From an uncultured delta proteobacterium (lineage in GTDB: Bacteria; Myxococcota_A; Polyangia; Polyangiales; JAFGIB01), in the NCBI GenBank assembly GCA_963778655.1, contig CAVZVA010000010.1:576001-640000 (forward strand): a stretch of 64,000 nucleotides of DNA. The letters are read 5' to 3'. Positions 50,901 through 60,417 of this stretch are shown here, in pieces; position 1 is the first letter of the stretch; each line of letters begins with the position of its first letter. The notes under the pieces were generated by a model, which saw only the letters and a program-made list of their open reading frames with translations, was not told the origin of the DNA and searched no databases. The translations under genes were made by a program, and so were the position numbers.

Positions 50901-53900
50901 TCACCGCGCCGCCCCCAACACCCTGAGACCCGCCGCGCGCCGGGCTGCGATCGCGCGCTTCAGCCGCAGGGAGTAATAGTAGCTGACCGGCAGCACGATC
51001 AGCGTCAGCGCCGCGGCGGTGATCGTCCCTCCCACCACCACGACCGCGATCGGCCGCTGCGTTTCGCTGCCGATGGCGTGCGACATCGCCGCCGGCAGCA
51101 GCCCGAGGGATGCGAGCAGCGCGGTCATCAGAATCGCGCGCAGGCGGTCGCTGGCGCCGCCCATGGTCGCGGCATAGTCGCTCTCGCCGCGCTCGAGCCG
51201 GCTGTTGATGGCAGCGACGACGAGCACGCCGTTGAGCACCGCCTGACCGAGCAGGGCGATGAAGCCGACCGCCGCCGACACCGAAAGCGTCATTCCCGCC
51301 ACCGCAAGGCCGAGCACGCCCCCGATCAGCGCGAAGGGCGTGTTCAGCAGAATGAGCAACGCAGTCCACACGCTCTCGAATGCCGAGAACAACAGGAAGA
51401 ACGTGATCAGCAGGGCCAGCGGTATCACCACGCGCAGCCGCGCCATCGCGCGCTGCTGGTTCTCGAACTCGCCTCCCCAGGTCAACTGGTAGCCGGCGGG
51501 CAGTTTCAGCGCCGCGTCGACCTTCTTCTGCGCTTCGGCCACGAAGGAGCCCATGTCACGGTTGCGAACGTTCATGCGTACGCCGATGTAGCGGTGCCCG
51601 TTCTCGCGCGTGATGGCCGCGCGTCCGGTCGCCATGCGCACGTCGGCCACGGCCGACAGCGGGATCACCTGTCCGTCCTTGAGCGGCAGGCGCACCTCGC
51701 GGATCGCCGGCACGTCCTGGCGCGTCACCCGCGGCAGGCGCACGGTGACGTCGAAACGCTTCTCGCCATCCCACAGCTCGCTCGCCACATGGCCGCCCAT
51801 GGCGGTTTCGATGTAGTCCTGCACGTCCGCGAGGTCGAGGTCGAAGCGCGCGAGCGCGTCGCGATCGAGCTTGACCGCCACCTGTGGTGACTCGCCCGAC
51901 TTGACGATGCCGAGGTCTGCCACGCCGGGCACGTCGGCGATCGCGTCCTTGGCCTTCTCGGCAGCCTGCTGGAGCACGTCGAGGTCGTCGCCGTAGATCT
52001 TGAGCGCGATCTGGCCAAATTGCCCCGAGATGTTCTCGGCCACGTTGTCGCGGATCGGCTGCGAGAAGTTGTACTCGAGCCCGGGGATCTCGCCGAGGTT
52101 GCTCGCCATTTCCGAGACCAGCGAGTTCAGTGTGCGCTTGTTCGGCCGCCACCGATCCGGCGGCTTGAGCTTGACGAAGATCTCGAGATTGTTCGGCAGC
52201 GTGGCGTCTGTGCCATCCTCCGGGCGCCCGAGCTGCGACATCAACGACACCACCTCCGGCGTGCGCCGCAGCAGCTTCTCGATGCGCGGCGTGAGCCTGC
52301 GACCCTCGGTGGGGCTGGTGGTGTCGGGCAAGGTGAAGGTCACGTACAGCGCGCCCTCGTTGAGCTCCGGCAAGAACTCGGAGCCGAGCCGCGGGAGCAG
52401 CACGAACGACGCGATTAGCGCGCCGAGCGCCAGGATCGCCAGCATCGCGGGCCGCGCCATGGCATACGCGAGCGACGGTGCATACGCCTTGCGCGACCAT
52501 GCCAGCAGGGGTGACTCGCGCAGGGGCTTCTGCCTGCGTAGCGCGGTCATCGCCAGCACCGGGACCACGGTGAAGCTGACAAGCAGCGCACCGATCAACG
52601 CGCTGACCACGGTGTTGGCCATGGGCGAGAAGATGCGGCCCTCGACGCGCTGCATGGAGAAGATCGGGATGTAGGCGGCGATGATGATCAAGAGTGAAAA
52701 CAGCGTCGGGCGCGCCACTTCGCCAGCGGCACGCAGGATGCTGTCCTTCAGCGACTGCGTGTCGTGGGGTCCGTCTTCGGGCACGCGGTGGAACAGGTGC
52801 TCGACCAGGATCACCGCGCCATCGACGATGATGCCGAAGTCGATCGCGCCCATGGACAACAGGTTTGCGCTCATGCCGCGCATGTGCAGGTACGCGAACG
52901 ACGCCGCAAGCGACAACGGGATCACCGTGGCTACGATCAGCGACGCGCGCAGGCTGAGCGTGAACGCGAACAGCACCAGGGTGACCAGGATCGCGCCCTC
53001 GGCCAGGTTGTGGAACACCGTGTGCAGCGTGGTGTTCACCAGATCGGTGCGATCGTAGAACGGGTTGACCTTGATTCCGTCCGGCAGGATGCGCGTGTTC
53101 AGCTCCTTGAGGCGGTCGCGCAGCCCGGCCAGCACCACGGACGGATTCTCGCCGCGCCGCATCAGCACGATGCCTTCGACGGCGTCCTGATTGTCGTCGC
53201 GCGTAACCACGCCCTGACGTGGCGCGTAGCCCTCGACCACCTGGGCCACGTCGCTGAGCAACACAGGGACGCCGTCGTGGTAGGCCACGCGCGTCTTCTT
53301 GATGTCGTCGATTCCGGTGAAGATGCCGAGGCTGCGGATCACGAACGCCTCGGCACCGCGCTCGACGTAGCCGCCGCTGGCGTTGCTGCTGGCTTTGCTC
53401 AGCGCTTGGAACACGTCGTCGAGCCCCACGCCCAAGCTCGCCATCGTTTCCGGCTGGGGCTCGACGTGGATCTCACGCACCAGCCCGCCGTAAGACACCA
53501 CGTCGGCGACGCCGGCCGCGCGCAAGATCTGCGGGCGAACCACCCAATCCTGCAGCGTGCGGAGCGTCATCGGGTCGGCGCCGGGACCGTCGAGCGTGTA
53601 GCGGTACACCTCTCCGATCGGCGTCGCCATCGGGCCGAGCTGGGGATCGATCCCCTGGGGCAGGTCGGCGTCGCGCAGGCGCTCGAGCACCAGCTGCCGC
53701 GCGGGTTGCATGTCCACCCCATCGTCGAAGGTAGCGGTGATGAAGGAGAGACCAAACAGCGAGATGCTACGCAGCCTGAACAGGTGCGGCGTGCCGTTGA
53801 GCACGCGCTCGAGCGGGATCGACACCCGGCGCTCGACCTCCTCCGTGGGCTGCCCCGGGAATAACGTGATCACCTGGACCTGGGTGTCGGTCGGGTCGGG

Positions 53901-54017
53901 GAACGCCTCAATCGTGAGGTCCTGGTAGGCGAACCAACCGACCGCCGCCAAGGTGACGGCGAACAGAATCGCCGCGAGCCGCGTGTTGAGCGAATGCCTC
54001 AGGAGTGCTTCGAGCAT
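50901..54017 (-). CDS. czcA: CusA/CzcA-family heavy-metal RND transporter
   Basis: IEAFPD, AIDFGIIVDGAVILVE, GSETQRP. Confidence 0.92.
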   Translation of the reverse strand: MLEALLRHSLNTRLAAILFAVTLAAVGWFAYQDLTIEAFPDPTDTQVQVITLFPGQPTEEVERRVSIPLERVLNGTPHLFRLRSISLFGLSFITATFDDGVDMQPARQLVLERLRDADLPQGIDPQLGPMATPIGEVYRYTLDGPGADPMTLRTLQDWVVRPQILRAAGVADVVSYGGLVREIHVEPQPETMASLGVGLDDVFQALSKASSNASGGYVERGAEAFVIRSLGIFTGIDDIKKTRVAYHDGVPVLLSDVAQVVEGYAPRQGVVTRDDNQDAVEGIVLMRRGENPSVVLAGLRDRLKELNTRILPDGIKVNPFYDRTDLVNTTLHTVFHNLAEGAILVTLVLFAFTLSLRASLIVATVIPLSLAASFAYLHMRGMSANLLSMGAIDFGIIVDGAVILVEHLFHRVPEDGPHDTQSLKDSILRAAGEVARPTLFSLLIIIAAYIPIFSMQRVEGRIFSPMANTVVSALIGALLVSFTVVPVLAMTALRRQKPLRESPLLAWSRKAYAPSLAYAMARPAMLAILALGALIASFVLLPRLGSEFLPELNEGALYVTFTLPDTTSPTEGRRLTPRIEKLLRRTPEVVSLMSQLGRPEDGTDATLPNNLEIFVKLKPPDRWRPNKRTLNSLVSEMASNLGEIPGLEYNFSQPIRDNVAENISGQFGQIALKIYGDDLDVLQQAAEKAKDAIADVPGVADLGIVKSGESPQVAVKLDRDALARFDLDLADVQDYIETAMGGHVASELWDGEKRFDVTVRLPRVTRQDVPAIREVRLPLKDGQVIPLSAVADVRMATGRAAITRENGHRYIGVRMNVRNRDMGSFVAEAQKKVDAALKLPAGYQLTWGGEFENQQRAMARLRVVIPLALLITFFLLFSAFESVWTALLILLNTPFALIGGVLGLAVAGMTLSVSAAVGFIALLGQAVLNGVLVVAAINSRLERGESDYAATMGGASDRLRAILMTALLASLGLLPAAMSHAIGSETQRPIAVVVVGGTITAAALTLIVLPVSYYYSLRLKRAIAARRAAGLRVLGAAR

Positions 54018-54030
54018 GGCGGCTGGGGCT

Positions 54031-55245
54031 CTACTGGTCGAGCGAGATCTGGTTGTCGAGCAAGGCGGCACCGGTTTCGGCCACCGTCTCGCCAGCCTTC
54101 AGGCCCGACAACAGGGTAACCTTGCCACCGTGCACCCGGCCGGCGACCACGTCGCGGCGGGAGAAGCTGCCGTCCTGCGCGCGCACGTAGACATATTGCT
54201 GCGCTCCGTCGGTCACCAGCGCGGTGGATTCCACCTCGACCACACCGGGCACGGGCTTGGTCAAAAACTGCATGCGCGCGTAGGTGTTCGGCTTCAGCTC
54301 GCCGCTGGGGTTGGTCAGCTGTACCCGGACCGGGATGGTGTGGCGCTCGGGATCGACGACCGCGCTGACGAGGTCCACCACGCCGCCGTACTGCTTGCCG
54401 GGGTTCGTCGCGACCTCGATGCGCGCCGCCGTGCCCTTGGTGATGGCGGCCGCGTTCGCCTCGAACAGCTCGGCGACCACCCATACCGAGGACAGGTCGG
54501 CGATCGTCATCAGGGCGCTGTTCGAGTCCGGGCTGATCTCCTGGCCGGGGAGCACGTCCTTGGCCACGACGTAGCCGGCGCGCGGCGACTTGACCACGAA
54601 TTCGTTACTCGAGCTCGACGACACCTTGAGCGCCGCCAGCTTCGAGCGCGCGGTGCCGTACGCCAGCTCGGCCTGGTGGAGCGTGAGGGCGGCTTCGATC
54701 TCCTCCTTGCCGGGCAGCGCGCGCGCGTCGACCATCGCCTTGATGCGGTCGTGCTGCGCACGCGAGGCGTCGAGAGAGGCCTTCGCGCTGTCGACCTCCT
54801 GGGTCAGGGCGGCCATGTCGGGGCTCGCGGTCGAGAACAGCGGGTCGCCCCGGTTGACTGACTGTCCGAGCTCGACAAAGACGCGGCCAACGCGGCCTTT
54901 GAGCGGTGCGCCGATGCGCGCGGCAGTGGTCTCGTCGACCTTCACGGATGCCGGCACCGCGTCCGTCCACTGCTCCGTGCTCGGTTCGGCCGTGCCCAAC
55001 TTCACCAGCTGCCACTGGGGCGCGCCCGGCGCGAGCGACACCGATTTGCCATGCACCTTCACGTCGGGGTTGTCCTGCGGTGGAGGCGGTGCAGGACGCT
55101 CGAAGCGCGACGCGGCCCAGATGAGCAGCGTGCTCGCGAGCGCGGCGGCCGCAGCGGTGATGATCCGGCTGCGGCGGGGCGGCATGATCGGTTCCGGCGC
55201 GACGCGGGCGGCGGATGAAAGCGGGCTGTGATCGAGGGACGACAT
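54031..55245 (-). CDS. RND periplasmic adaptor
   Basis: DLSSVWV, LKPNTY, barrel-sandwich pattern. Confidence 0.9.
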   Translation of the reverse strand: MSSLDHSPLSSAARVAPEPIMPPRRSRIITAAAAALASTLLIWAASRFERPAPPPPQDNPDVKVHGKSVSLAPGAPQWQLVKLGTAEPSTEQWTDAVPASVKVDETTAARIGAPLKGRVGRVFVELGQSVNRGDPLFSTASPDMAALTQEVDSAKASLDASRAQHDRIKAMVDARALPGKEEIEAALTLHQAELAYGTARSKLAALKVSSSSSNEFVVKSPRAGYVVAKDVLPGQEISPDSNSALMTIADLSSVWVVAELFEANAAAITKGTAARIEVATNPGKQYGGVVDLVSAVVDPERHTIPVRVQLTNPSGELKPNTYARMQFLTKPVPGVVEVESTALVTDGAQQYVYVRAQDGSFSRRDVVAGRVHGGKVTLLSGLKAGETVAETGAALLDNQISLDQ

Positions 55246-55261
55246 ATGGCTCACCCTTGGT

Positions 55262-56770
55262 TCATGGAGAGACGAGGCGTGCATCGAGACCCAGCACGCG
55301 CCGCAACTGATTGCGAACGCTGAACGAGGCGTAACGCGTATCGATGCGGTCGAGGAGCAGGGCGCTGTAGTCGCGCCGTGCCAGCAGGAAATCGGTAAGG
55401 CTGAGCTGGCCGGCGTTGAATGCCAACTCGGCGGACTTCACCACCGAGCTCGAGAGCGGCAACAGCGTGCGCTCGAGCCGCTGCAGCGTCTGGTCGAGCG
55501 TCACCTTGCGCGCAAGCAGCGCGCGCGCGTCGGCGCGAAACCGGTTCTCGAGGGCGACGGCCTGCTCGTGCGCTTGCAACGCCTGCGCGGTGGAGGCGTC
55601 GGCCTGAGGGCCGCCGGTGTCGAAGAACGGCAGCGGAATCGAGGCGAAGACGCCGAGCGTGTCCCCTTGCGCGCCCGAGGCCTTGTAGAAGTCGCGGGTG
55701 TACGAGACGCCGACCGTGGGATCGGGGATAACGTGATGGCGCCACAGCCTGGCATCTTCCAAGGCGGCGTCGTGCTCCAGCTCGAACGCGCGCACTGCCG
55801 GCTGCTGCGCGGCGGTGAGCTCGCCTCGGGGAAGCTGCGCGGGCAGCTGGGCCGCGGCATCGAGCACGCTTTCATCGCCCCGCGTGCTGCATGGCGCGGC
55901 CAGCGCGGTCGAACAGTCGCCCAGCGCCGCATCGCGGTCGGCGCGGTTGTCGGCCGCCGCACGCTCCACCGCAGCCGTGTCGAGCCGCAGCCGATCGAGA
56001 TCGGTGCCGCTGATGTCGCCGTGTTGCAAGCGCACGCTCTCGAGGGCGATCATCTGGTGCGCCGCCCGCACGCGCTCCTCGAGAATCGACTGGCGCTGCT
56101 CGAGGTACAGGACTCGTGCCAGCGCGTCACGCGCGTCAGCCACGCGCTGCAAGAGCACGTCCCCGCGGCTCGCCCCTGCTTCCTCGGCGCGCAGGTCGGC
56201 CGCGGCGCTGCGTGGCCCGCGCTTACCGATCTCGAAGGTTTCCTGCAAGCCGGCGCCGAGGTTGATCGGATCGAGGTAGCTGGCGGCCGGCGGTTGCACC
56301 CGCCCGGGCACGAACCCGTTGGCGTTGAGCACGAGCTGCGGGTTCGGATACACGCGGCTCACGCGGCGCTCCGCATGCGCGGCACGCACCGCGGCGTCGG
56401 CCGCCAGCGCATCGGGGTGATGCGTACGAACCCATTGCACCAGCGCAGCGGGCCGGAGCAGCAAAGCCTGTGTGTCGACTGCGCCGGGCGGAACGGGGGA
56501 GGCGGGCGCGGGCGGGGCGAGCTGGTGGGCCGCACCGTCGGACCCAGGCGCCACGGCCGGCGCCGCGGACGGCGGCGCGGGGGCCGGCGCAGCGCCGCCC
56601 GCAGTGGTCACCGCGCCCGAGGTGGAGAGGGCCGGCGATTGGGTGATCGCCGAGGCGGGGCCACCCTGGATTGCTCCCTGGGCCCGAGCAAGCACAGGTA
56701 TGCTGGCGCCAGCCAGGAGCCACGCAGTAAAGACGGCGGCCGCGGTACAGAAGCGGGATGGCAAGCGCAT
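55262..56770 (-). CDS. TolC-family outer-membrane factor
   Basis: YPNPQL, IPLPFFD, signal peptide. Confidence 0.88.
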   Translation of the reverse strand: MRLPSRFCTAAAVFTAWLLAGASIPVLARAQGAIQGGPASAITQSPALSTSGAVTTAGGAAPAPAPPSAAPAVAPGSDGAAHQLAPPAPASPVPPGAVDTQALLLRPAALVQWVRTHHPDALAADAAVRAAHAERRVSRVYPNPQLVLNANGFVPGRVQPPAASYLDPINLGAGLQETFEIGKRGPRSAAADLRAEEAGASRGDVLLQRVADARDALARVLYLEQRQSILEERVRAAHQMIALESVRLQHGDISGTDLDRLRLDTAAVERAAADNRADRDAALGDCSTALAAPCSTRGDESVLDAAAQLPAQLPRGELTAAQQPAVRAFELEHDAALEDARLWRHHVIPDPTVGVSYTRDFYKASGAQGDTLGVFASIPLPFFDTGGPQADASTAQALQAHEQAVALENRFRADARALLARKVTLDQTLQRLERTLLPLSSSVVKSAELAFNAGQLSLTDFLLARRDYSALLLDRIDTRYASFSVRNQLRRVLGLDARLVSP

Positions 56771-56788
56771 GAGGCTCGCCCCCGCTCA

Positions 56789-56914
56789 TGCACTACCCAT
56801 GCCGAGCCCAAGTCGGCCAAAATCACGCGAGAGAGCCGGCCTGCCGGGCCAGCATCGCTCGTGAAGCTGAAGACTCCTTTCAGTTTCGCGCCTGAGGCAC
56901 GAAAGGTTCTTTCA
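56789..56914 (-). promoter_or_regulatory. sigma54 promoter with two upstream activator palindromes
   Basis: CGGCATGGGTAGTGCA (GG-N10-GC) at 56804-56789; TGAAGACTCCTTTCA 56868-56882 and CGAAAGGTTCTTTCA 56900-56914. Confidence 0.65.
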
Positions 56915-56935
56915 TTCGGGCGCGCGCGGGCCGAC

Positions 56936-57808
56936 TCATAGCGTGCTCACGTCGACCGAGACCCCCAGCCGATGCCGGCCGCCGCCCAGGATCACGCCGC
57001 GGATCGGGGTCACGTCGGAGAAGTCGCGGCCGAAGGCCACCGTGATGTGCTCGTCGGAGGGCAGCATGTCGTTGGTGGGGTCGAAGTCGACCCAGCCGAG
57101 CTCGGGCACGAAGGCGGCGAACCAGGCGTGCGAGGCGTCCGCGCCGACCAGCTTGGGCTTGCCTGGCGGAGGCAGCGTGAGCAGGTAGCCGCTGACGTAG
57201 CGCGCGGCCAGCCCCTGCGAGCGCAGACACCCGATCGCGAGGTGCGCGAAGTCCTGGCACACGCCGCGGCGCAGCCGCAGCACCTCGTCGAGCGGAGTCG
57301 ACACGTCGGTGGCGCGCGGATCATAGCTGAAGTCGGTGCGGATGCGCGCCACCAGGTCACGCACAGCCTCCAGCACGGGCCGTTCCGCGCCGAAGGAGCG
57401 TACCGCGTAATCCGACAGCTCCGCCGAACGCTTCACCTGCTCGGACTCGAGCGCCATCGCGTAGGCGTCGAGCATGTCGCGCTTGCGGTCGCTGCACAGA
57501 CGGTCGCGCACGCGCTCCCAAGGCGGCGAGGCCTCGAGCACCGGCTGGCGCAGCGGATTGACCTCGACCACGCTGTGCGCCAGCACCTCGAGCTCGCGGT
57601 GCGGCTCGCTCAGGCTGAAGTGCACCGCGCGGTTGCCGAAGTAGTCGAAGCGGCGGCGGCGCGCCTCGGGCGGCGGGCGAACCTGGAGCTCGTGCGAGAA
57701 CAGGCGCTGATTGTGGGTGTCACGTGGTGTGATGCGCGCCTCGTGGTGTGAGGTCGTGACCGCCTCCCCGTAGTAGTACGTCGTCTTGTGCACGACCTTG
57801 AGCTTCAT
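56936..57808 (-). CDS. Transglutaminase-family protein
   Basis: GVCQDFAH, ASHAW, FDPTN. Confidence 0.93.
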   Translation of the reverse strand: MKLKVVHKTTYYYGEAVTTSHHEARITPRDTHNQRLFSHELQVRPPPEARRRRFDYFGNRAVHFSLSEPHRELEVLAHSVVEVNPLRQPVLEASPPWERVRDRLCSDRKRDMLDAYAMALESEQVKRSAELSDYAVRSFGAERPVLEAVRDLVARIRTDFSYDPRATDVSTPLDEVLRLRRGVCQDFAHLAIGCLRSQGLAARYVSGYLLTLPPPGKPKLVGADASHAWFAAFVPELGWVDFDPTNDMLPSDEHITVAFGRDFSDVTPIRGVILGGGRHRLGVSVDVSTL

Positions 57809-60402
57809 GGCGAGCCCCGTCCTGATTGCGTGCGCGTCGCTTCGTCGATGTTCTCGTCCTGCGTGAGATGGCGCGAAACGGTGGCGTGCGCCAGATAGCG
57901 ATCGGAGAGCGAGTCCGAGAGCGCCGGGATGCGCATGGCCAGGTCGAGCAGCAGCGTCTCCAGCCGCGGCCGGTTGCCCTGCTCGTCGGGCGCACAGGCG
58001 CGATCGACGTCGGTCAGCTTGAGGTCGGTCAGCACCGACAGCGCGATGCGCTGCTGCTGCGTGCGCGGGCCATGTCCGCTGACCGGCAGCGCCTCGATGT
58101 GCCGCATCAGCTCTTCCACCTGGTACAGCACCGAGCGCGGGTTGGTCTCGTCGGTGAGCAGCAGATCCACGACCGGCGCGACCTGCAGCGTGGTCAGATA
58201 GCGGCGGCGGTAGGTCATGCTGCTGTCGGCGGTCTCGAGCAGCGCCTCGAGCAGCGGCGCCTCACGGTCGCAGCGCGTGGTCAGGCTACCGCGCAGCAGC
58301 GTGACCAGTCCCATCGCACGCTCCAGGCGCCGGCCCATCTCCAGAAAGCGCCAGGCCTGCCCGCGCGTCATGCTGTCCATCACCAGGCCGCTGAACGCGA
58401 CCAGCCGCAGCACCAGGCGGTTGAGCACTTCCTGGGTGGAGCCGAGCGGATCGTGCTCGAGGTCGCGCTCGGCGGCGTGCAGCTCGTCGTCGAGCGCGGC
58501 CAGCACGCGCCAGGTGTCGGTGGAGATGCGGTCGCGCACCAGCCGCCCCGAGCGCAGCGTGGCGCGCAGCACGACCTTGAGCGTGCCGCCGCCATCCTCG
58601 CCGAAGACCGAGAACCGCAGCTGTTCCTCGGCGGCCCGCAGGCTCACGGCGGTGTCGGCCAGCGGCGCCGTGTACGACAGCGCGGTCTGCGCGCTGAGCG
58701 CGCGCAGCAGCGGCGCCAGCTCCGAGCTGCGGTCGATCTCGGCCTGGGCCACCAGCTCGTACAGGCGCGAGCAGGCCACGCGCGCCAGGCGCGCGACCGC
58801 CTCGGCGCGCTCGGCATAGCGCCCGAGCCAATACAGGTTGTCGGCCGCGCGGCTCGGCAGGTCGCCGCCGCCGCGCGACAGCTCCACCGGGCGGTTGCTG
58901 GGCGGCAGCAGGCTGAAGCTGGTAACCGAGCCGCGCGACAGCACCCAGGTGTCCTTGCTGCCGGCGCCGAGCTGCATCGACAGCTCCGTACCCTCCTCGG
59001 CAGCGGCTACGCGCGACAGCGCGCCGGGCATCGCCGCGTAGCCGCCGCGTCCGGCGACCGCGAAGCAACGCATCACCAGGGCGCGAGGGATCAGCGCGCG
59101 CTCGGAGAGCGAGGGCGTGGTGGAGGCGCGCACGTGCTCCTGGATCACGTAGCGGGTGGGACGCTTGTGGATCTCCGCCAGCAGCGCGGCGCGCTGGTTG
59201 GCATCGAGCTGGGCCGTGAACACCGGCTGCGCGAAGGCCTGTCCGAACGCGGCCTTCACCGCCACGTCGTCGAAGCTGCTCTCGGCCTGGCGCAGCGCGC
59301 TGGCGTCGCCGCACCAGAAAGTGCGCACCGACTCGAGCTGCAGCTCCTCGCCGAGCAGCGCGCGGCAGAGCCCGCCCAGGTAGGGCAGGATGGCGTGGGA
59401 CTGCAGCAGCCCGGTGCCAAGCGGGTTGGCGAGCGCGACGTTGCCCGCGCGCACGGCCTGGGTCAGCCCGGGAACGCCGAGCACCGACTCGGGCCGCAGC
59501 TCCAGCGGGTCGCAGTAGTCGTCGTTGACGCGGCGCAGGATCACGTCGACCGGCTGCAGGCCGCTGAGGGTCTTGAGGAACACGCGATCGGCGCGCACCG
59601 TGAGGTCGCCGCCGTTGACCAGGGTGTAGCCGAGGTACTGCGCCAGGTAGGCCTGCTCGAAATAGGTCGCGTTGTACGGCCCCGGCGTGAGCAGCACGAT
59701 GCGCGGGTTGTCGCGGTTGTGCGGAGCGAGCGCCTGCAGCATGTCGCGCAGCGTGCGAAAGAAAGGCGCCAGCCGCTCGACCCCGCACTGGCGAAAGGCA
59801 TCGGGCAGCACGTTGGAGATGACGATGCGGTTCTCGAGCGCGTAGCCCGCGCCCGAGGGCGCCTGGGTGCGATCCTCGAGCACCACGAACTGCCCCGAGG
59901 GCAGGCGCACCAGGTCGGCCGCGTATAGCGGCAGCCAGGCGTTGTCCGGCAAGCTCATGTCGTGGCACGCGCGCAGGAAGCGCGGATTCTCGAACACCAG
60001 CTCCGGCGGCAGTAGATCCTCGAGCAGCACCCGCTGCGGGCCGTACAGATCTTGCAGCAGCGCCTCGAGCAGGCGCGCCCGTTGCACCAGACCGCTCTCG
60101 ATGCGCTGCCACTCGTCGGCCGAGACCACAGCCGGGATCAACGACACGTTCCACGGCCGCTCCATGCCCTGCGGATCGCCGTAGACGTTGTAGCTGACGC
60201 CGTTCTCGTGCAGCAGGTGGCGCGCCTTGTCCCAGCGTCGAGCCAGCTCGGGTGAGCCCAGCGGGTCGAGCAGCGAGAAGAGCTTCAGCCAGTGCGGCCG
60301 CAGCCTGCCCTGCTCGTCCTTGAGCTCGTCGTAGACGCCGGGCGGCGGCTGATAGGACTGCGCCAGCGCGGACGCGGGCCTCGACATCGGGTTCTCGGAC
60401 AT
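57805..60402 (-). CDS. Circularly permuted type 2 ATP-grasp plus alpha-E protein
   Basis: EDRTQAPSGAGYALENR, SKDTWV, LGRYAERAE, NPRS. Confidence 0.92.
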   Translation of the reverse strand: MSENPMSRPASALAQSYQPPPGVYDELKDEQGRLRPHWLKLFSLLDPLGSPELARRWDKARHLLHENGVSYNVYGDPQGMERPWNVSLIPAVVSADEWQRIESGLVQRARLLEALLQDLYGPQRVLLEDLLPPELVFENPRFLRACHDMSLPDNAWLPLYAADLVRLPSGQFVVLEDRTQAPSGAGYALENRIVISNVLPDAFRQCGVERLAPFFRTLRDMLQALAPHNRDNPRIVLLTPGPYNATYFEQAYLAQYLGYTLVNGGDLTVRADRVFLKTLSGLQPVDVILRRVNDDYCDPLELRPESVLGVPGLTQAVRAGNVALANPLGTGLLQSHAILPYLGGLCRALLGEELQLESVRTFWCGDASALRQAESSFDDVAVKAAFGQAFAQPVFTAQLDANQRAALLAEIHKRPTRYVIQEHVRASTTPSLSERALIPRALVMRCFAVAGRGGYAAMPGALSRVAAAEEGTELSMQLGAGSKDTWVLSRGSVTSFSLLPPSNRPVELSRGGGDLPSRAADNLYWLGRYAERAEAVARLARVACSRLYELVAQAEIDRSSELAPLLRALSAQTALSYTAPLADTAVSLRAAEEQLRFSVFGEDGGGTLKVVLRATLRSGRLVRDRISTDTWRVLAALDDELHAAERDLEHDPLGSTQEVLNRLVLRLVAFSGLVMDSMTRGQAWRFLEMGRRLERAMGLVTLLRGSLTTRCDREAPLLEALLETADSSMTYRRRYLTTLQVAPVVDLLLTDETNPRSVLYQVEELMRHIEALPVSGHGPRTQQQRIALSVLTDLKLTDVDRACAPDEQGNRPRLETLLLDLAMRIPALSDSLSDRYLAHATVSRHLTQDENIDEATRTQSGRGSP

Positions 60403-60417
60403 GCCGGCCGCATCCTA